Positions 1-10,176 of a DNA stretch of 64,000 nt are shown in pieces. The translations under genes and the position numbers were made by a program. The notes below the pieces were generated by a model. That model did no database searches. It saw only the letters and a list, made by a program, of their open reading frames with translations, and was not told where the DNA came from. Numbering within the stretch: position 1 is the first letter of the stretch; the number at the start of each line of letters is the position of its first letter. The stretch is from Thermoplasmata archaeon. Lineage in GTDB: Archaea; Thermoplasmatota; Thermoplasmata; Thermoplasmatales; GCA-001856825. Where the stretch lies: NCBI GenBank assembly GCA_021792255.1, contig JAJYUZ010000002.1, positions 245,332 to 309,331 on the forward strand, given 5' to 3'.

Positions 1-777
1 GTCAAATTGGACGAGATGAATTCAGGGAATGTCAACTTGAACGGTTATGTGGGTCTATATACGGAATCTGTAGTGAATCCGACTCTCGGAGTTTGCGATA
101 TCCAGCTACTTGGTAAAATGACGAATGAAGCTGGAATCCCGCTATTTGTAGACGCAACGTTTGCTACTCCATATAATCAGAATCCATCAAAACTGGGGGC
201 TGCTTTCACGCTTCACAGTGGAACCAAATATATTGGAGGGCATAGTGACATTTTGCTGGGACTTGCCGGCTTCGAAAGGAAGAACATGGAAGCAGTCTGG
301 GGAAAGAGAAAACTGCTTGGAGCTTCTCCGGATCCGATCCAAGCGTATCTGGGACTCAGAGGGTTAAAAACGCTGGGACTGAGGATGAAAGCTCACAACG
401 AGAATGCTTTTGAAATAGCCAAGTTCTTGTCGGACCACAAAAGAGTTGCAAAAGTTCTATACCCTGGTTTGGAAGGATTTGCGTATAACAAGATAGCGAA
501 GAGAAACTTGACTGGTTTCGGAGGCATGGTCTCTTTCGAACTTGCAGGAGGTTTGAATTCAGCCAGAGACATGGCTAAGAAACTCAGGCTCTTCTCCTAC
601 GCTCCGAGCCTCGGAGGAGTAGAATCTCTCCTCACCCTTCCTGCTGAAACTTCTCATCTAAGTCTGACTCCAGCGGAAAGAAAGGAGGCAGGGATAGCCG
701 ATGGTCTGGTTAGAATGTCCGTCGGGATCGAGAATAAAGAGGACCTTATAGAGGATCTCAAGATCGCACTTGGATGA
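1..777 (+). CDS. Cys/Met-metabolism PLP-dependent enzyme (cystathionine gamma-synthase/beta-lyase/methionine gamma-lyase family), 5'-partial
   Basis: Frame 1 is open from the window edge. The PLP-lysine motif HSGTKYIGGHSD and the C-terminal RMSVGIE are typical of this family. The N-terminus lies outside the window. Confidence 0.85.
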   Translation, partial: VKLDEMNSGNVNLNGYVGLYTESVVNPTLGVCDIQLLGKMTNEAGIPLFVDATFATPYNQNPSKLGAAFTLHSGTKYIGGHSDILLGLAGFERKNMEAVWGKRKLLGASPDPIQAYLGLRGLKTLGLRMKAHNENAFEIAKFLSDHKRVAKVLYPGLEGFAYNKIAKRNLTGFGGMVSFELAGGLNSARDMAKKLRLFSYAPSLGGVESLLTLPAETSHLSLTPAERKEAGIADGLVRMSVGIENKEDLIEDLKIALG

Positions 778-781
778 GCAA

Positions 782-2146
782 TTAACTCTGATCAAGCTTG
801 AATTCCGTGCCCACTTCTTCAAATATTTTCTTCTCTCTCTCAACTGCCACTGACAGACAACACTGTTTCGAGCTCTCGTATCCATTTTCTCCAAGTCTAT
901 CCGCAGCGTTGCCTATTGCTTTAAGGATCATTTCAGCGGCAGTTTCGAAATCTCCAGAAGGGAATACGTAACCATTTGAATCGTTCACGACGAGTTCACT
1001 GACCCCCGCTCCACTGCTGACGACGGCAGGCTTCTTGTTAGTCCATCCTTCTAGAACTGTTATTCCAAATCCTTCGAGGCTCGAGGTGAGTAAGACGACT
1101 GATGCCAGATTGTAAGCAGCTTTTAGCTCTTCCCGAGAGGAATGACCAAGGAAAATCACGTTTTCCACTAGGTTTAACTCTTTCACAAGTTTTTCAAGCT
1201 CTGATTTCCAAGATGCCCCTTTCCCAAATCCAAGACCGCCCCTAGAAGACGAAGAAAAACTGCCATTTCCTATTAATGCAAGCTTCATTTTTGCTTTCTT
1301 GCTCGCAATGGCAAATGCCTTTATCCCAACGTCTTGAGACTTTATTCTGTCCATTCTTGCTACTATTATTACTAATTTCTCATCTTCCTTGAGACCTATC
1401 TTTTTCCTCAGTTTTTCGACTTCTTCTGTTTCAGCAGGGTTAATCCAGTCTTTGGGATCGATGTAGGGGTAAAGTTGGTATGCTCTTCCTCTGTAGTCCG
1501 ATTTGATTAATCCTTCTAGGTCCCTTCTTGTGCTAACAACAACTGCATCGAAACTTTCCATGCCCTTCACTACTATTCTTCTCGCAAACTTACCCATTTT
1601 CTCTGGTACGAATGGAATGTGCCATCTTAGGACAGCAGGAGCTGCTGGACCTATGGCCGTACCAGTCATTAGAAGTTGGAAGTCCTGGACATAAAATAGG
1701 TCTATGTCCTTTATATATTCGAACATCTTCTTTGCGTTTTCCCAGTTATAGGTCGCGTATGCATTGAATTCATCCTGGGTAAATCTTGTCTTTCCGACAC
1801 CGTGAATCTCTGACCACAAACCCTCCTTGAATATTGTGTAATTTCTAAGAACTCTTTCATCTATTTCGACGTGAGAGATCATAAGGTTGCCTATGGAGAG
1901 GCGTGGCGGGTAGTTTATACCAAGAGAGACCCATATAACTCTGTCGAGAAATCCATCTTCCAGCATGCTCTTAACAGCAGGATAAAGCATGTTGGTTACT
2001 CCGCCCGGAGTGAACTCGTAATCTAAACCTTCTTCCAGACTCTGAATATCCAATGGGTCTGAAAGATTGCCATATTTCTCCAAGAGATCTTCGTAGCTCA
2101 GCTTAAATCTCACTACTGGAGTTTGGCTATCAACACAGATTTTCAT
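782..2146 (-). CDS. GT-B fold glycosyltransferase (OtsA/GT20-like N-half, GT4-like C-half)
   Basis: 454-aa ORF. LWSEIHG, YVQDFQLLM and LRWHIPF resemble trehalose-phosphate synthase-type motifs. The C-terminal EGFGITVLEG is an E-x7-E type sugar-donor motif. Confidence 0.6.
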   Translation of the reverse strand: MKICVDSQTPVVRFKLSYEDLLEKYGNLSDPLDIQSLEEGLDYEFTPGGVTNMLYPAVKSMLEDGFLDRVIWVSLGINYPPRLSIGNLMISHVEIDERVLRNYTIFKEGLWSEIHGVGKTRFTQDEFNAYATYNWENAKKMFEYIKDIDLFYVQDFQLLMTGTAIGPAAPAVLRWHIPFVPEKMGKFARRIVVKGMESFDAVVVSTRRDLEGLIKSDYRGRAYQLYPYIDPKDWINPAETEEVEKLRKKIGLKEDEKLVIIVARMDRIKSQDVGIKAFAIASKKAKMKLALIGNGSFSSSSRGGLGFGKGASWKSELEKLVKELNLVENVIFLGHSSREELKAAYNLASVVLLTSSLEGFGITVLEGWTNKKPAVVSSGAGVSELVVNDSNGYVFPSGDFETAAEMILKAIGNAADRLGENGYESSKQCCLSVAVEREKKIFEEVGTEFKLDQS

Positions 2147-2493
2147 CTGCTATAAATAAGAGAATTTATTAAAAGGTTATCCCCACTTCTTAATCGAAAT
2201 GTAGGTTTCGATGCTTTGATTGACTCGTAAGAGTCGTCGGAAACCCTATTTGCCCTCAAATTTTGTAAATTTTTTAGGGTGGCCCAACTTTAATGAGAAG
2301 CTTAGGAGTCGTGGTACATTTAACGAAGTTCGGTTTGGTTTGATCAAGAACTGCCATCACGTAATTGGCCCCTACTCCTATCTCCGCGGGACTGAAAATA
2401 TCCGTCAACCCGACTATTGAGTCGGAATATAATAATTTGAGTCAAGCTGCACTCTGAAGGTAAAGTTCTTTAGAGTAAATTGTTTGATACGCT

Positions 2494-3246
2494 ATGTGCA
2501 GGATGGTGCTGCTTTGGGGAGATTTCGAGAACGTTTTTGAGCCATTTTTCAGATCACTCTCGGACGTCGCTGAAAATGACTCCCTTGCAAGAAATGATAA
2601 TGAACCACTTTCCCACAAAGATGGTTGGGGGATATTGAATATTTCAAAGGAAAGAATAAAACTCGAACGCTACGGAAATCCGCTAACTCTCAGAGTCGAC
2701 CCTCCCGATACAAGAAAGGGTGTTGCCATAATACACGCTAGAGCAGCCGCAAAAGGAGAAGGAATGGGAATACTGAACGCTCATCCATTTCATTTACAGG
2801 ACGAAACTTATGATGTTTACATCACTCACAATGGGTGGTTTGACAAGTACAAAATCAACGAGTTGCTGAAACTAGGCTCGGTCAAGAATATGAACGACTC
2901 CGAGGTGTTCTTGAAGCTCGTAATGACCCAAAAAGGACCAATAGAAAACAGAGTCAGGACTGCATTAAAGCTATCGAGGAAGAATGGTTATATGAAGGGG
3001 GGAGCGAACGTCTACGTGGTCAGCATTAAACGGGGGACGAACAAAGTGTCCATAATTTACCATACCGATACCAGTCAGGAAAAAACTTATGGCGAGTACA
3101 ACAAGTTGTATCTCATGAAAGGTAGGACTTGGACCGGTGTCACCTCTAGCAGCTTAAGACTATCCAGGTATTTTCCAAAAAAGATAGAAATAGAAGAGCT
3201 CAGGAGGGGAAAAATCTACACTGCCAAAATGGAGCTTTCTAATTGA
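2494..3246 (+). CDS. class II (Ntn-type) glutamine amidotransferase domain protein
   Basis: Begins MCRM, with a nucleophile Cys directly after Met. HKDGWGI, IHARAA, NAHPF and THNG follow the GATase class II / YafJ-like pattern. Confidence 0.7.
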   Translation: MCRMVLLWGDFENVFEPFFRSLSDVAENDSLARNDNEPLSHKDGWGILNISKERIKLERYGNPLTLRVDPPDTRKGVAIIHARAAAKGEGMGILNAHPFHLQDETYDVYITHNGWFDKYKINELLKLGSVKNMNDSEVFLKLVMTQKGPIENRVRTALKLSRKNGYMKGGANVYVVSIKRGTNKVSIIYHTDTSQEKTYGEYNKLYLMKGRTWTGVTSSSLRLSRYFPKKIEIEELRRGKIYTAKMELSN

Positions 3247-3623
3247 ACGTTTTCGATTCACCTCCCTAAATATGCAGAAAACTGCTCAACTCACATTAGT
3301 AACCTCAAATCTTTCAGGGAGGAGACGCCTGGAAACAAAACCGCAAATGAAAACATAGCTAGAACAGGTTGAGCCCCGCACATGCTGAAAGACTCTTTGA
3401 ATTTGAATCACTACAGTGCCGATCCAGAAAGGCACAATTAAAGATCTAGCGGTCTAAGAACTGACCAAAACCCTCGGTACGATAAAGGTGATGATTAAGA
3501 CGGATCAAAGCAGGGAGTGAAATATATCTCAAATTCTACCACTCAAAAATCTGTTTCAGGCATCCAGTCAATTATCTGACCACGCGATGAAAAATATATA
3601 TATCGGAATTCTAAAGATAAGTA

Positions 3624-4238
3624 GTGCTAAACGACGATTTCTGGGATTATTTTGAAGACAAAGGTATTCCTGAATCCGAGGTCAATAGATTGCTCGAAGA
3701 GAGTAAGATAGTAGTGCAGTATGAGAGAAGTATGCTAAAGAATGGAAGATACTGGCAGATTTCAAAGGACGAGGTCAGATCCATATATTCAATTATTAGA
3801 CAGAGAAAGCCAAAAATAGTGATTGAAACGGGCATGGGTTCCGGGGTGTCCACAACGAGCATTCTTTCGGCACTTAAGCACGAGGGGAAATTGATTAGCA
3901 TAGATCCAGGGATTCCATACGGGAAGGGAGACAAGGAAGTCGGTTTCATCATACCGACTGAACTCAGATCCAATCTAGAATACGTCAAGGGTACGTCTTC
4001 AGAAAAGCTGAAAGAGGTCTTAAGTTCCTTGCAATCACTCGACGCATTCTTTCACGACTCTGATCATTCTTACGATAATGTAATGTTTGAGTTGAATTGC
4101 GTCTGGTCAAAGATAAGATCGGATCCTCTCATGCTGATTGATAATTATGACTGGTCGGAGGCCGCCAAAGATTTTGCAAAGAAGAAGCACTTAAAGCTGA
4201 GAAACCTTGCAGATGATCTTGCACTTTTATCTAAGTGA
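3624..4238 (+). CDS. class I SAM-dependent methyltransferase
   Basis: Motif I-like IVIETGMGSGVSTTS, LISIDP and FHDSDHSY, an O-methyltransferase/Methyltransf_24-like layout. GTG start. Confidence 0.65.
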   Translation: MLNDDFWDYFEDKGIPESEVNRLLEESKIVVQYERSMLKNGRYWQISKDEVRSIYSIIRQRKPKIVIETGMGSGVSTTSILSALKHEGKLISIDPGIPYGKGDKEVGFIIPTELRSNLEYVKGTSSEKLKEVLSSLQSLDAFFHDSDHSYDNVMFELNCVWSKIRSDPLMLIDNYDWSEAAKDFAKKKHLKLRNLADDLALLSK

Positions 4239-4259
4239 AATTGAATCTCAAGTACCAGT

Positions 4260-5033
4260 CTACCGTGCTTCCAGGAAATCGAGTGAATCGGTCAGTTCTC
4301 TTACGTCGTCGTTGATACCAGATAACCAGTAGAAGTCCTGAATGATTCTGGACCTAATGACGTTCAGATTTTTAGATTTGTAGCTGCGGAATTCAAATGG
4401 TGGACTTGTTCTTAAGAGGATCAGATTACTCGCTTTTCCCTTGTACACCGCCTTCTTTTTTCCAGTGAGTAGTTCTCTCCATTCTTCGTCCGATACCTTC
4501 CCCTCGCTCCTCCTTATGATCGTCTCTGCAGATATCCTCACGAAGTTCCATGAAAAAGACATTCCTTCAAAGAGAAGAAGGGTGTGAGTTTTCTTTATCA
4601 AAAACAGAACTCTCGAAAGTACCACCTTTTTCGCGGGGTCTCTTGAAAACGAAGTAAGTTCGCCACTCAAAAACTCTCTAATGGTCTTCTTCAACGACGT
4701 CTCATTCAGGGCCCTGTCACAAAAATAGAGGTATTCTTTTTTGAGGGACCTCCTAAGGTTTACAAAATTGTCGGTCTCATAGTACCCTCTAACCGCAATT
4801 CCTCTTATCGAGTCCACTATCTTGCAGACTTTCTGTGAATCTTCGTGCTGTACTTCTATAATGGAAGAAGATGATCTAACATGAGAGTCTGTCCTCGAAG
4901 AGCCATATATTTTCTTTATACCGATGGGTGATAGTGCTTTCAATATTTCTCCCTGAACAGTAGGTAAGTTGGGCTGGATCTGGAAACCGTAAAACGATTC
5001 ATCGTAGGCTATCTTGAGTAAGCAGTATTTCAT
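4260..5033 (-). CDS. truA: tRNA pseudouridine synthase A
   Basis: KIAYDESFYGFQIQP...TVQGEI and SSRTDSHV match the TruA catalytic Asp region (RTD-x-x-V). The ATG at 5033 is preceded by GGAGGT. The longest ORF extends to 5090. Confidence 0.7.
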   Translation of the reverse strand: MKYCLLKIAYDESFYGFQIQPNLPTVQGEILKALSPIGIKKIYGSSRTDSHVRSSSSIIEVQHEDSQKVCKIVDSIRGIAVRGYYETDNFVNLRRSLKKEYLYFCDRALNETSLKKTIREFLSGELTSFSRDPAKKVVLSRVLFLIKKTHTLLLFEGMSFSWNFVRISAETIIRRSEGKVSDEEWRELLTGKKKAVYKGKASNLILLRTSPPFEFRSYKSKNLNVIRSRIIQDFYWLSGINDDVRELTDSLDFLEAR

Positions 5034-5898
5034 CTCGATACCTCCTTGATAGTTTGTCGGCATATTTCGTTTGGGGGAAATGGGGCTCACTCTCCAGTAC
5101 TTTTATGCACTCTTTAAGACTCATTCCAAATCCCCTAGAAACGATGTATTTTCCCATCTTCTCACCAATCTTCTTGGTACCCAAAAAGATGCCATTTCCT
5201 TTCTCCGTACCTAGCAGCAAGCTCTTTGCAAGACCAATCGTTGCAGAATTCTTTGTAACCCCGACTAGAGTTGCGACGCCTCTCTGGTCCCTATGAAGAA
5301 TTCCGTTTCCATCTATCACGTTAATCAAATCTGTCTTGACCAAGGATTCAAAAATCTCACCTTCTCTTAAATAGAGATAATTTGGAATGTATGGCGATCT
5401 TGTCTCTTTTATAGAAATCTCGTAACTGATGGGTTCCTGAAAATCCACGGCGACTCCCACAGCTAATCTTCCCTTATAGGATACGTCCATAGCTCTCAAC
5501 CCTCCCGAGTGTTCCACTCTCTTGTTGATGTCTATCCTGCCTATTTCTTCCCTAAATCTCTTTAGTGGAAAATTTGATTTGAATTCTCCGAATCTTACCT
5601 TGTCAAGATTCTCCACCTTCCCTCTGGAAATTATGATACCATCTCTTTTGAGCCTTCGTACCTTTTCCTTGACTCCGTCTGGATTGGTATAACCACCAAG
5701 AGTACCATCTGACATAATGACCCTGTAGCACGGATAGGTGTCAGGATACTGATTCTCAGAGAGCATCTCTCCGACCGCTCTCGAAGCTATTACGTCTCCT
5801 AGCTGACGTGCCATGTCCCCATAGGTAGATACAAATCCTTCAGGGATCTGAGCAAGAAGCCTGTAGAATTCTTCGTAAATGTCAGGCTTGCTGATCAT
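4999..5898 (-). CDS. fusion protein: MGMT/ATL-like alkyltransferase DNA-binding domain + endonuclease V
   Basis: N-terminal ~85 aa: VSTYGDMA...RAVG...YPCYRVI (PCHRV-like). C-terminal part: MDVSY, SPYIPNYLYLREG, IDGNGILHRDQRGVATLVGV and GLAKS are EndoV motifs. Confidence 0.8.
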   Translation of the reverse strand: MISKPDIYEEFYRLLAQIPEGFVSTYGDMARQLGDVIASRAVGEMLSENQYPDTYPCYRVIMSDGTLGGYTNPDGVKEKVRRLKRDGIIISRGKVENLDKVRFGEFKSNFPLKRFREEIGRIDINKRVEHSGGLRAMDVSYKGRLAVGVAVDFQEPISYEISIKETRSPYIPNYLYLREGEIFESLVKTDLINVIDGNGILHRDQRGVATLVGVTKNSATIGLAKSLLLGTEKGNGIFLGTKKIGEKMGKYIVSRGFGMSLKECIKVLESEPHFPQTKYADKLSRRYRDEILLTQDSLR

Positions 5899-6805
5899 TA
5901 ATGCTAACTTCCATCTCCATCAGTTCATCTGCGGCTGTCACATTTGGAAAAATTGACCTTGCCTCTTCGACTATTGGTCCTATGTCGATGTACCTTGGAC
6001 TGAAATGAACCAAGACGAGTCTCTTAGTATTGGAATCTCTAGCTTGAATACCCGCATCTTTTCCAGTTGAGTGACCATAAGATATTACTTTGTTTTCGTT
6101 GCTCTTTTCTCCCGTGGACTCGTGAATCAGAATAGTGGAATTCCTGAAAAAATTTGTAAGGCTTTCGTCCTTCCTCGTGTCTCCGGAATATGATATTTTC
6201 CTTCCCTTTCTGACTCCCGCCGAAATGTCTTCGAGACGGATCGTCTTTCCGTTCACCTTAACGGCTCCTTCTCTTCTTATCTTTTCAAGCAGATTTCTTG
6301 GAACCTTCTGTTCTTGAATCTTTGCTTCTTCCAATTTCGCATAGTCCCTTTCAATCAAAGAATAGCTTAGGGCTGGAATGGTATGATTTGCCTTTGCATA
6401 GGCGATGGAATAGTCTCCGAAGTCCAGTGATGAATTTCCCCTCAGTTCTTCAATCCTGATTTCGAAATTTAGCGAGTAGTATCCTATCGACAACAGATTT
6501 CCCAGCACGGTTGATGCACCTACGGGACCGTAAATTTCAAGTGGATCTGTTCTTCCATAAAAGCTCATAGTCTGTATTAGTCCCGGCAACCCGAGAAAGT
6601 GATCGCCGTGGAAGTGAGTTATGAAAATTCTTTTTATCTTCATCAGCGAAAGAGAACTCTTCATCAGGGACGTTTGAGTGCTCTCTCCACAATCAAAGAG
6701 AATAGCTTCGTCGTTGATCCTTATTCCAATGCTGAGGGTATTTCTTTGAGGCGTTGGCCACGAACCTCCTGTCCCCAGAAAATAGACTCTAATGGAGGAT
6801 ATCAT
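5882..6805 (-). CDS. rnz: ribonuclease Z (tRNA 3' endonuclease)
   Basis: Metallo-beta-lactamase motif ITHFHGDHFLGLPGL, N-terminal FLGTGGS, and a length of ~307 aa. Confidence 0.85.
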   Translation of the reverse strand: MISSIRVYFLGTGGSWPTPQRNTLSIGIRINDEAILFDCGESTQTSLMKSSLSLMKIKRIFITHFHGDHFLGLPGLIQTMSFYGRTDPLEIYGPVGASTVLGNLLSIGYYSLNFEIRIEELRGNSSLDFGDYSIAYAKANHTIPALSYSLIERDYAKLEEAKIQEQKVPRNLLEKIRREGAVKVNGKTIRLEDISAGVRKGRKISYSGDTRKDESLTNFFRNSTILIHESTGEKSNENKVISYGHSTGKDAGIQARDSNTKRLVLVHFSPRYIDIGPIVEEARSIFPNVTAADELMEMEVSINDQQA

Positions 6806-7896
6806 CCTGATCTACCGAGTATCTTGAGTTCTACTTCGTTCATCTCTTCTGGGCTGCTCTTGGTTCTTGGTCTAGAGGGGAGGAAGTGACAGTCACACGA
6901 TGAGGTATCAGAAAGGAAGATGTCGAAAGCTCCAATTTTCTCCGAAAGTCTTTCGATTTCGATCTTGTCAAACCCGATTAGCGGTCTGAATACTGGGATA
7001 TTGACCTTCTCCTCTATTGTATTCAGGTTATCGAGGGTCTGACTTGCCACCTGACCTAAATCCTCTCCTGTTATAATCGCTTTCCCTCCGATTTCCCTTG
7101 CATAGTTTTCTCCCTCCTTGTACATCTCTCTCTTGCAGAAGATGCACGTCCACCTTTGCTCCTTGCTCTTCCTGAGTTCCATCACAGTCTTCCCGATCAT
7201 TTTTCTATGGTCCATGACCTTAATCTCAATAGGATAGGGGGAATACTGTTCCAGCAGTTCTTTGTTCCTGAATACCTTCTCGAGAGTTCTGGAACTCTGA
7301 AAATAGTGAATAAGATTCAGTTCCATTCCCCTCTTCATCATCATATACGCAGCTACAGGGGAGTCGATTCCCGCAGATATCAGAGCAACACCCTTGCCCT
7401 GGGATCTAACTGGCATTCCACCTACTCCTTGAACTGTCACTTCGTAAATATAAGTAAATCTCGATCCAATGTCAATTCCTATATTCTTCTCATAGTTGAA
7501 TAGGTCCACCTTCGCTCTGGGATTCGCATCAAGAACTAATTCGCCAAGTTTAGCAGAAAACTCTTGTGAAGTGATCGGAAAATTCTTATCTCTCCTATTA
7601 ACGGTGACTCGAAAACTCCCATTGACTTCGATTCTCACCACTCTCTTCACTATTTCTTCGACGCTGGATGGTATCCTCTCCACGGCAGAAAAGGAGGAGA
7701 TGCCAAATATTTTTGATAGCAAATGATCTACTCTTTCTTCTGATTCGACTATCAATCTGGATTCTTCCGTGTTCACGCGACCCTTGACAGAACTTTCGTT
7801 CAGTTTTGCCATGATATTTCTCGCAAGAAGCTCCTCGAAATAGTTCCTATTATCACCTTTAGTACCTATTTCTGAATATCTGACGAGGGTTAGCAC
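6802..7896 (-). CDS. thiI: tRNA 4-thiouridine synthase ThiI (THUMP + PP-loop)
   Basis: N-terminal RYSEIGTKGDNR and PP-loop SAGIDSPVAA. Overlaps rnz by 4 nt. Confidence 0.85.
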   Translation of the reverse strand: MLTLVRYSEIGTKGDNRNYFEELLARNIMAKLNESSVKGRVNTEESRLIVESEERVDHLLSKIFGISSFSAVERIPSSVEEIVKRVVRIEVNGSFRVTVNRRDKNFPITSQEFSAKLGELVLDANPRAKVDLFNYEKNIGIDIGSRFTYIYEVTVQGVGGMPVRSQGKGVALISAGIDSPVAAYMMMKRGMELNLIHYFQSSRTLEKVFRNKELLEQYSPYPIEIKVMDHRKMIGKTVMELRKSKEQRWTCIFCKREMYKEGENYAREIGGKAIITGEDLGQVASQTLDNLNTIEEKVNIPVFRPLIGFDKIEIERLSEKIGAFDIFLSDTSSCDCHFLPSRPRTKSSPEEMNEVELKILGRSG

Positions 7897-8076
7897 AAGG
7901 GTCTAAAGTATCCTATTTTATCAATCTTTCTTAGTTCTCTCACGCACTCGAAGTCACGAAAGAACCTATTAAATCCATCGCCGTTGTCGGACCCAAGAAT
8001 CGACATTTTTTCGACACGATTTGTTTTAAAAATCTCAAAATAAAGATTAATAGTGACGGCGCATATAAGCTAGAAA

Positions 8077-8688
8077 ATGATTCTCTCCGATGAGTTTCTA
8101 CACATAACGATAGAACTTTTTGTCGTAGTAGACCCATTTGCTGCAATGATTATGTTCATAACCTTTGCTCGGGGGGAGACAGAAAAGGAAAGGATGAGAC
8201 TAGCCAATGACGCCACTATATCGAGTTTCCTGATTCTCCTTTTCTTCGCGTTTGCAGGCTATTATATTCTCCTCTATTTTGGAATATCTATAGCGGCTCT
8301 GGAGATCGCTGGAGGTATCCTGATACTATTGACGAGTATAGAAATGGTCACCGAGGGAGACAAACCTTCAGGGAAAAAAGGTACGGGTGTGGAGGGATCT
8401 GAAAAGAGAGATGTCGGAATAGTTCCCCTGGGAACACCACTGCTGGCTGGACCAGGAGCAATATCACTGGTCATACTCTTAATGCACGATTACAATCCAG
8501 TACTAGTGGTACTGGCAATAGTTGTGGTATCTGCTATCACCTTCATTCTCTTCCTTTCTAGCTTTTACATTTACAAAATTATAAAAGAGAAGGGAGCGAG
8601 GGCTCTCACAAGAGTTTTCGGTATTTTGGTCGCAGGATTTGCCGTTCAATACATACTCACTGGAGCGCTTCATTTTTTTAACCTATGA
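8077..8688 (+). CDS. MarC family integral membrane protein (UPF0056)
   Basis: About 200 aa and 6 predicted TM segments. DPFAA near the N-terminus and PLGTPLLAGPGAIS are characteristic of the MarC family. Confidence 0.75.
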   Translation: MILSDEFLHITIELFVVVDPFAAMIMFITFARGETEKERMRLANDATISSFLILLFFAFAGYYILLYFGISIAALEIAGGILILLTSIEMVTEGDKPSGKKGTGVEGSEKRDVGIVPLGTPLLAGPGAISLVILLMHDYNPVLVVLAIVVVSAITFILFLSSFYIYKIIKEKGARALTRVFGILVAGFAVQYILTGALHFFNL

Positions 8689-8729
8689 ATTGTCCCAGTT
8701 TATTAACAAGGTAGAATTATGGTAATCTA

Positions 8730-9326
8730 ATGAGCGTCATCAAGGCAGATATCGCGAACGTGCAGACCATTGTAGACGCGATGGCAAGAGGACCAGTGGT
8801 TCTGCCGACCGAAACCCTATATGCCTTGGCGGTTCCGATAAGCAACAAATCAGGTTACGATGCGGTGTACAAGCTCAAGAACATAAAAATGCAGACAGCG
8901 AGTCCTATAGGCTTCTACGGTCTGAGAGATATGGAAAAATATTGTGTGATGGACGAAGGCGCAAAGAACATAGTCAGGAAGATTTTGCCAGGTCCGTTGA
9001 CGCTTATTCTGAGGTCTAAGATGGATGCTCACTGGGTGGTGAATGAACGGATTGCAGCAAGGATTTCCTCAAGTCTGCTCGTGAGAGAGATCGTAAGGAA
9101 AGTCGGACCCATCACTCTGGTTGGAGCAAACATAAGGGGATTCAGATCTTCATCAAACCTTCAAGAAATAATCGGACAGTTCGGGAACAAAATAGATCTC
9201 TATGTCAATGGAGGAGAGATCAGCGGTATTCCTTCCGCTATCTACGACTATACGATAAAGAAAATGCTGAGGGACGGAGTGATCACCCTCAAGTCGATAA
9301 AGGAGGCAGAACGTGGAATACGATGA
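8730..9326 (+). CDS. YrdC/Sua5-family L-threonylcarbamoyladenylate synthase-like protein
   Basis: LPTETLYAL, ILPGPLTLIL and ITLVGANIRG fit the YrdC domain pattern. It is a single domain of about 198 aa. Confidence 0.7.
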   Translation: MSVIKADIANVQTIVDAMARGPVVLPTETLYALAVPISNKSGYDAVYKLKNIKMQTASPIGFYGLRDMEKYCVMDEGAKNIVRKILPGPLTLILRSKMDAHWVVNERIAARISSSLLVREIVRKVGPITLVGANIRGFRSSSNLQEIIGQFGNKIDLYVNGGEISGIPSAIYDYTIKKMLRDGVITLKSIKEAERGIR

Positions 9327-10176
9327 TTATGTTCAGTCGGGAAAGGTAGCTTCAAAGGCAAGACGGGAAGGATACAAAATGATAGAGGAAGGCTTTGAGC
9401 TCAGAAAGCTTGCGGATTATCTCGAAGACCTCATAAGGAGCGAGGGAGCAAATATAGGATTTCCCGTCAATCTTTCCATCAACCACGAGGCAGCGCATTT
9501 TACCCCTGCCCCGGATACCGACGTGAGGTTTCAGCAAGGAGATCTGGTAAAGCTTGATCTGGGTGCGGAGATAAACGGATGTCTAGCAGATACGGCAGTG
9601 TCGAAAGAAGTGACTACCGATAAATGGACAAGCCTCATAAAGGCATCCGAAGAGGCCACGGAAAACGCAATCAAAAAGGTGAAGGTAGGGGCCTTAACCT
9701 CTGAAATAGGAAGGGAAGTGGAAGCAACGATCAAGAGATATGGATACAACCCAATTTACAACCTCACCGGTCACACTCTTGAAAAATATGTACTTCACGC
9801 AGGCACTCCTTTTCCAAATTATGACGATGGATCAAGGGTCAGATTGTATCCCGGAATGACGTTTGCGATTGAACCTTTTGCTACAACTGGTAAAGGAAGG
9901 GTCAAAGGTCTTGAATTTGGCAACATAATGCTCTGCCTGAAAGAGGACTCGGAGGACTCAATGAAGACTCTTAGGAAAGTGTCAAGAGGTCTACCATTCT
10001 CGATGAGGGACGCAGCAAGAACCTTTGAGAATTATGACTATGTGATAAAAGAGGCCCAGAAGAAGAAGTATCTTTATTTTTATCCCATACTGAAAGAGAC
10101 CAAGGGAGAAATGGTAGCGCAAACTGAACACTCCATCTTTCTAAGAGAAGACGGCCCAGTCATAACAACTTTGTAA
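9313..10176 (+). CDS. map: methionine aminopeptidase, type 2 (archaeal)
   Basis: Pita-bread fold motifs: GFPVNLSINHEAAHF, GDLVKLDLGAEINGCLAD, LTGHTL, FAIEPF and TEHSIF. Confidence 0.85.
   Translation: MEYDDYVQSGKVASKARREGYKMIEEGFELRKLADYLEDLIRSEGANIGFPVNLSINHEAAHFTPAPDTDVRFQQGDLVKLDLGAEINGCLADTAVSKEVTTDKWTSLIKASEEATENAIKKVKVGALTSEIGREVEATIKRYGYNPIYNLTGHTLEKYVLHAGTPFPNYDDGSRVRLYPGMTFAIEPFATTGKGRVKGLEFGNIMLCLKEDSEDSMKTLRKVSRGLPFSMRDAARTFENYDYVIKEAQKKKYLYFYPILKETKGEMVAQTEHSIFLREDGPVITTL

Noticed and set aside
2220-2420. 66-aa ORF between the glycosyltransferase and amidotransferase genes.
   Set aside because: It is basic and low in complexity, sits in a promoter-containing intergenic region, and has no support.
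3486-3582. Possible C/D box sRNA, with GTGATGA at ~3488 and CTGA at ~3577 in a 377-bp non-coding gap.
   Set aside because: The spacing of ~90 nt is too long for an archaeal C/D sRNA. No convincing internal D' or C' boxes or terminal stem were found, and chance occurrence is likely.
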